DNA of 35,893 bases, taken from contig CAZNUA010000037.1 of NCBI GenBank assembly GCA_964576115.1, positions 1 to 35,893 of the forward strand, written 5' to 3'. Positions 34,881-35,893 of the stretch are shown here, one piece after another. The stretch is from an uncultured Gemmatimonadota bacterium (GTDB taxonomy: Bacteria; Blakebacterota; Blakebacteria; Blakebacterales; Blakebacteraceae). The stretch's first letter is position 1. Every line of letters begins with the position of its first letter. Both the position numbers and the translations under genes were made by a program. The notes under the pieces were generated by a model. The model had not been told where the DNA came from, searched no databases, and saw nothing but the letters and a program-made list of their open reading frames with translations.

Positions 34881-35893
34881 ATGCGTACCTGGAATGTCTG
34901 TGCCCTGATCGTTCTTCTCCTGCCCCTGACGGCGCCCGAAGCGGTCGCTCAGAGTCGCCGCGGTCGCCGGATTCTCAATGCCGACTCGCTGGCCGTGCAC
35001 TATGCCATGGATCCGATCGTGGTCACGGCCGCCAAGGACGCCACTCGCCGGCGCGAACTCGCCGCCAGCGTCTCGCTGATCGGAATCGATCGGCTTACCA
35101 CCGAGACCGCCGGCTCGGTTTTCGAGGCGGTCCAGCATCGCATTCCCGGTCTCTTTGTCACTGAATGGGGAGCGCTCGGGTACGGCGCCGCCGGGCAGGC
35201 GGCGGGAAAGATCTCGATCCGCGGTACGGGGGGCGGGGCCAACACCAATGTTCTGATCCTGCGCAACGGCCGACCCGATTTCATGGGCTTGATGGGCTGT
35301 ACCATCGCCGATGAGTTCTCGACCGACGGGGTGGAGCGGATCGAAGTGGTCCGCGGACCCGGCTCCTTCCTCTACGGCACCAACGCCACCGGCGGGATCA
35401 TCAACATCATTCCGCGCCGGCTCGAGCGCGACGGTTTCGAGACCCGCCTGGGGACCGGCTACGGCTCCTTCGACACCCGCCGCCTCAGTCTGAGCCACGG
35501 CGGCCGGAGCGGGGCCTTCGATTACTACCTGACCGTCTCTGACCGCCGGACCGACGGGCACCGCACCGACTCCGATTACACCGGCCGTCATTACACCGCC
35601 CACGCCGGCTGGAGATTCAGCCCCGACGCCTCGCTCGAGTTCAACGCCAATCTGGCCGACCTCATGCTCCGCGATCCCGGTCCGGTGAGCTCTCCCCGGG
35701 TCGACAACTGGTACGATCTGGTCCGCTCCGGCGGCGACCTGACCCTGGATGTACGCCGGGGCTCGGGAGAGCTGGTTGTCAAGGCGCACGCCAACTTCGG
35801 CAGCCACCGTTTCTTCGACGGCTGGCGCTCGAAGGACCGCACCCACGGATTGATGGCCTGGCGTACTTTCGGTCTGATAACCGGCAACGCCAC
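34881..35893 (+). CDS. TonB-dependent receptor, 3'-truncated by the window (absent from the ORF track)
   Basis: MRTWNVCALIVLLLPLTAPEAVA|Q signal peptide; TonB box DPIVVTA; plug motifs IPGLFV, ISIRG, VLILRNGRP, VERIEVVRGPGSFLYGTNATGGIINII; RBS GGAG. Confidence 0.93.
   Translation, partial: MRTWNVCALIVLLLPLTAPEAVAQSRRGRRILNADSLAVHYAMDPIVVTAAKDATRRRELAASVSLIGIDRLTTETAGSVFEAVQHRIPGLFVTEWGALGYGAAGQAAGKISIRGTGGGANTNVLILRNGRPDFMGLMGCTIADEFSTDGVERIEVVRGPGSFLYGTNATGGIINIIPRRLERDGFETRLGTGYGSFDTRRLSLSHGGRSGAFDYYLTVSDRRTDGHRTDSDYTGRHYTAHAGWRFSPDASLEFNANLADLMLRDPGPVSSPRVDNWYDLVRSGGDLTLDVRRGSGELVVKAHANFGSHRFFDGWRSKDRTHGLMAWRTFGLITGNA

Noticed and set aside
34605-35846. 413-aa minus-strand ORF
   Set aside because: The real gene is the plus-strand TonB-dependent receptor from 34881, missed by the track because it has no stop within the window.

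Overview
GC-rich bacterial genomic DNA from a diderm (it encodes a TonB-dependent receptor and lipoproteins), with a 100-N scaffold gap at 34498-34597. No rRNA, tRNA, CRISPR array, transposase or phage gene was recognised. Left to right: a truncated beta-propeller gene; a DUF2892-like protein; a REC-HisKA regulator; a poly-gamma-glutamate locus (pgsB, pgsC, pgsW-like) continuing into a secreted DUF6305-like protein, a DctM-like permease, an unannotated 54-aa membrane protein, an M14-type metallopeptidase and a C69 Ntn peptidase; argG-argH translationally coupled to a CxxC-less TrxB-fold flavoprotein (apparent CTG start) and an atypical RlmN-like radical SAM enzyme; a sigma54-type promoter with a micro-ORF and a Gly-rich exported protein; a divergent 4-hydroxybutyryl-CoA-dehydratase-like gene paired with a YghO/ceramide-synthase-like GNAT gene; a sirtuin; an acyl-CoA carboxyltransferase and biotin carrier; a VPS10/Asp-box protein; an SGNH lipoprotein; a four-gene respiratory operon (Rieske, cytochrome b, heme-c-bearing CydA-like subunit, second CydA-like subunit); a rhamnose-isomerase cluster; and the 5' part of a TonB-dependent receptor. 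The best candidates for under-described systems are (1) the Rieske/cytb plus bd-like oxidase operon, (2) the extended PGA synthesis/turnover/transport locus and (3) the argGH-flavoprotein-radical SAM operon. All family calls are from motif recognition by eye; no database search was run.
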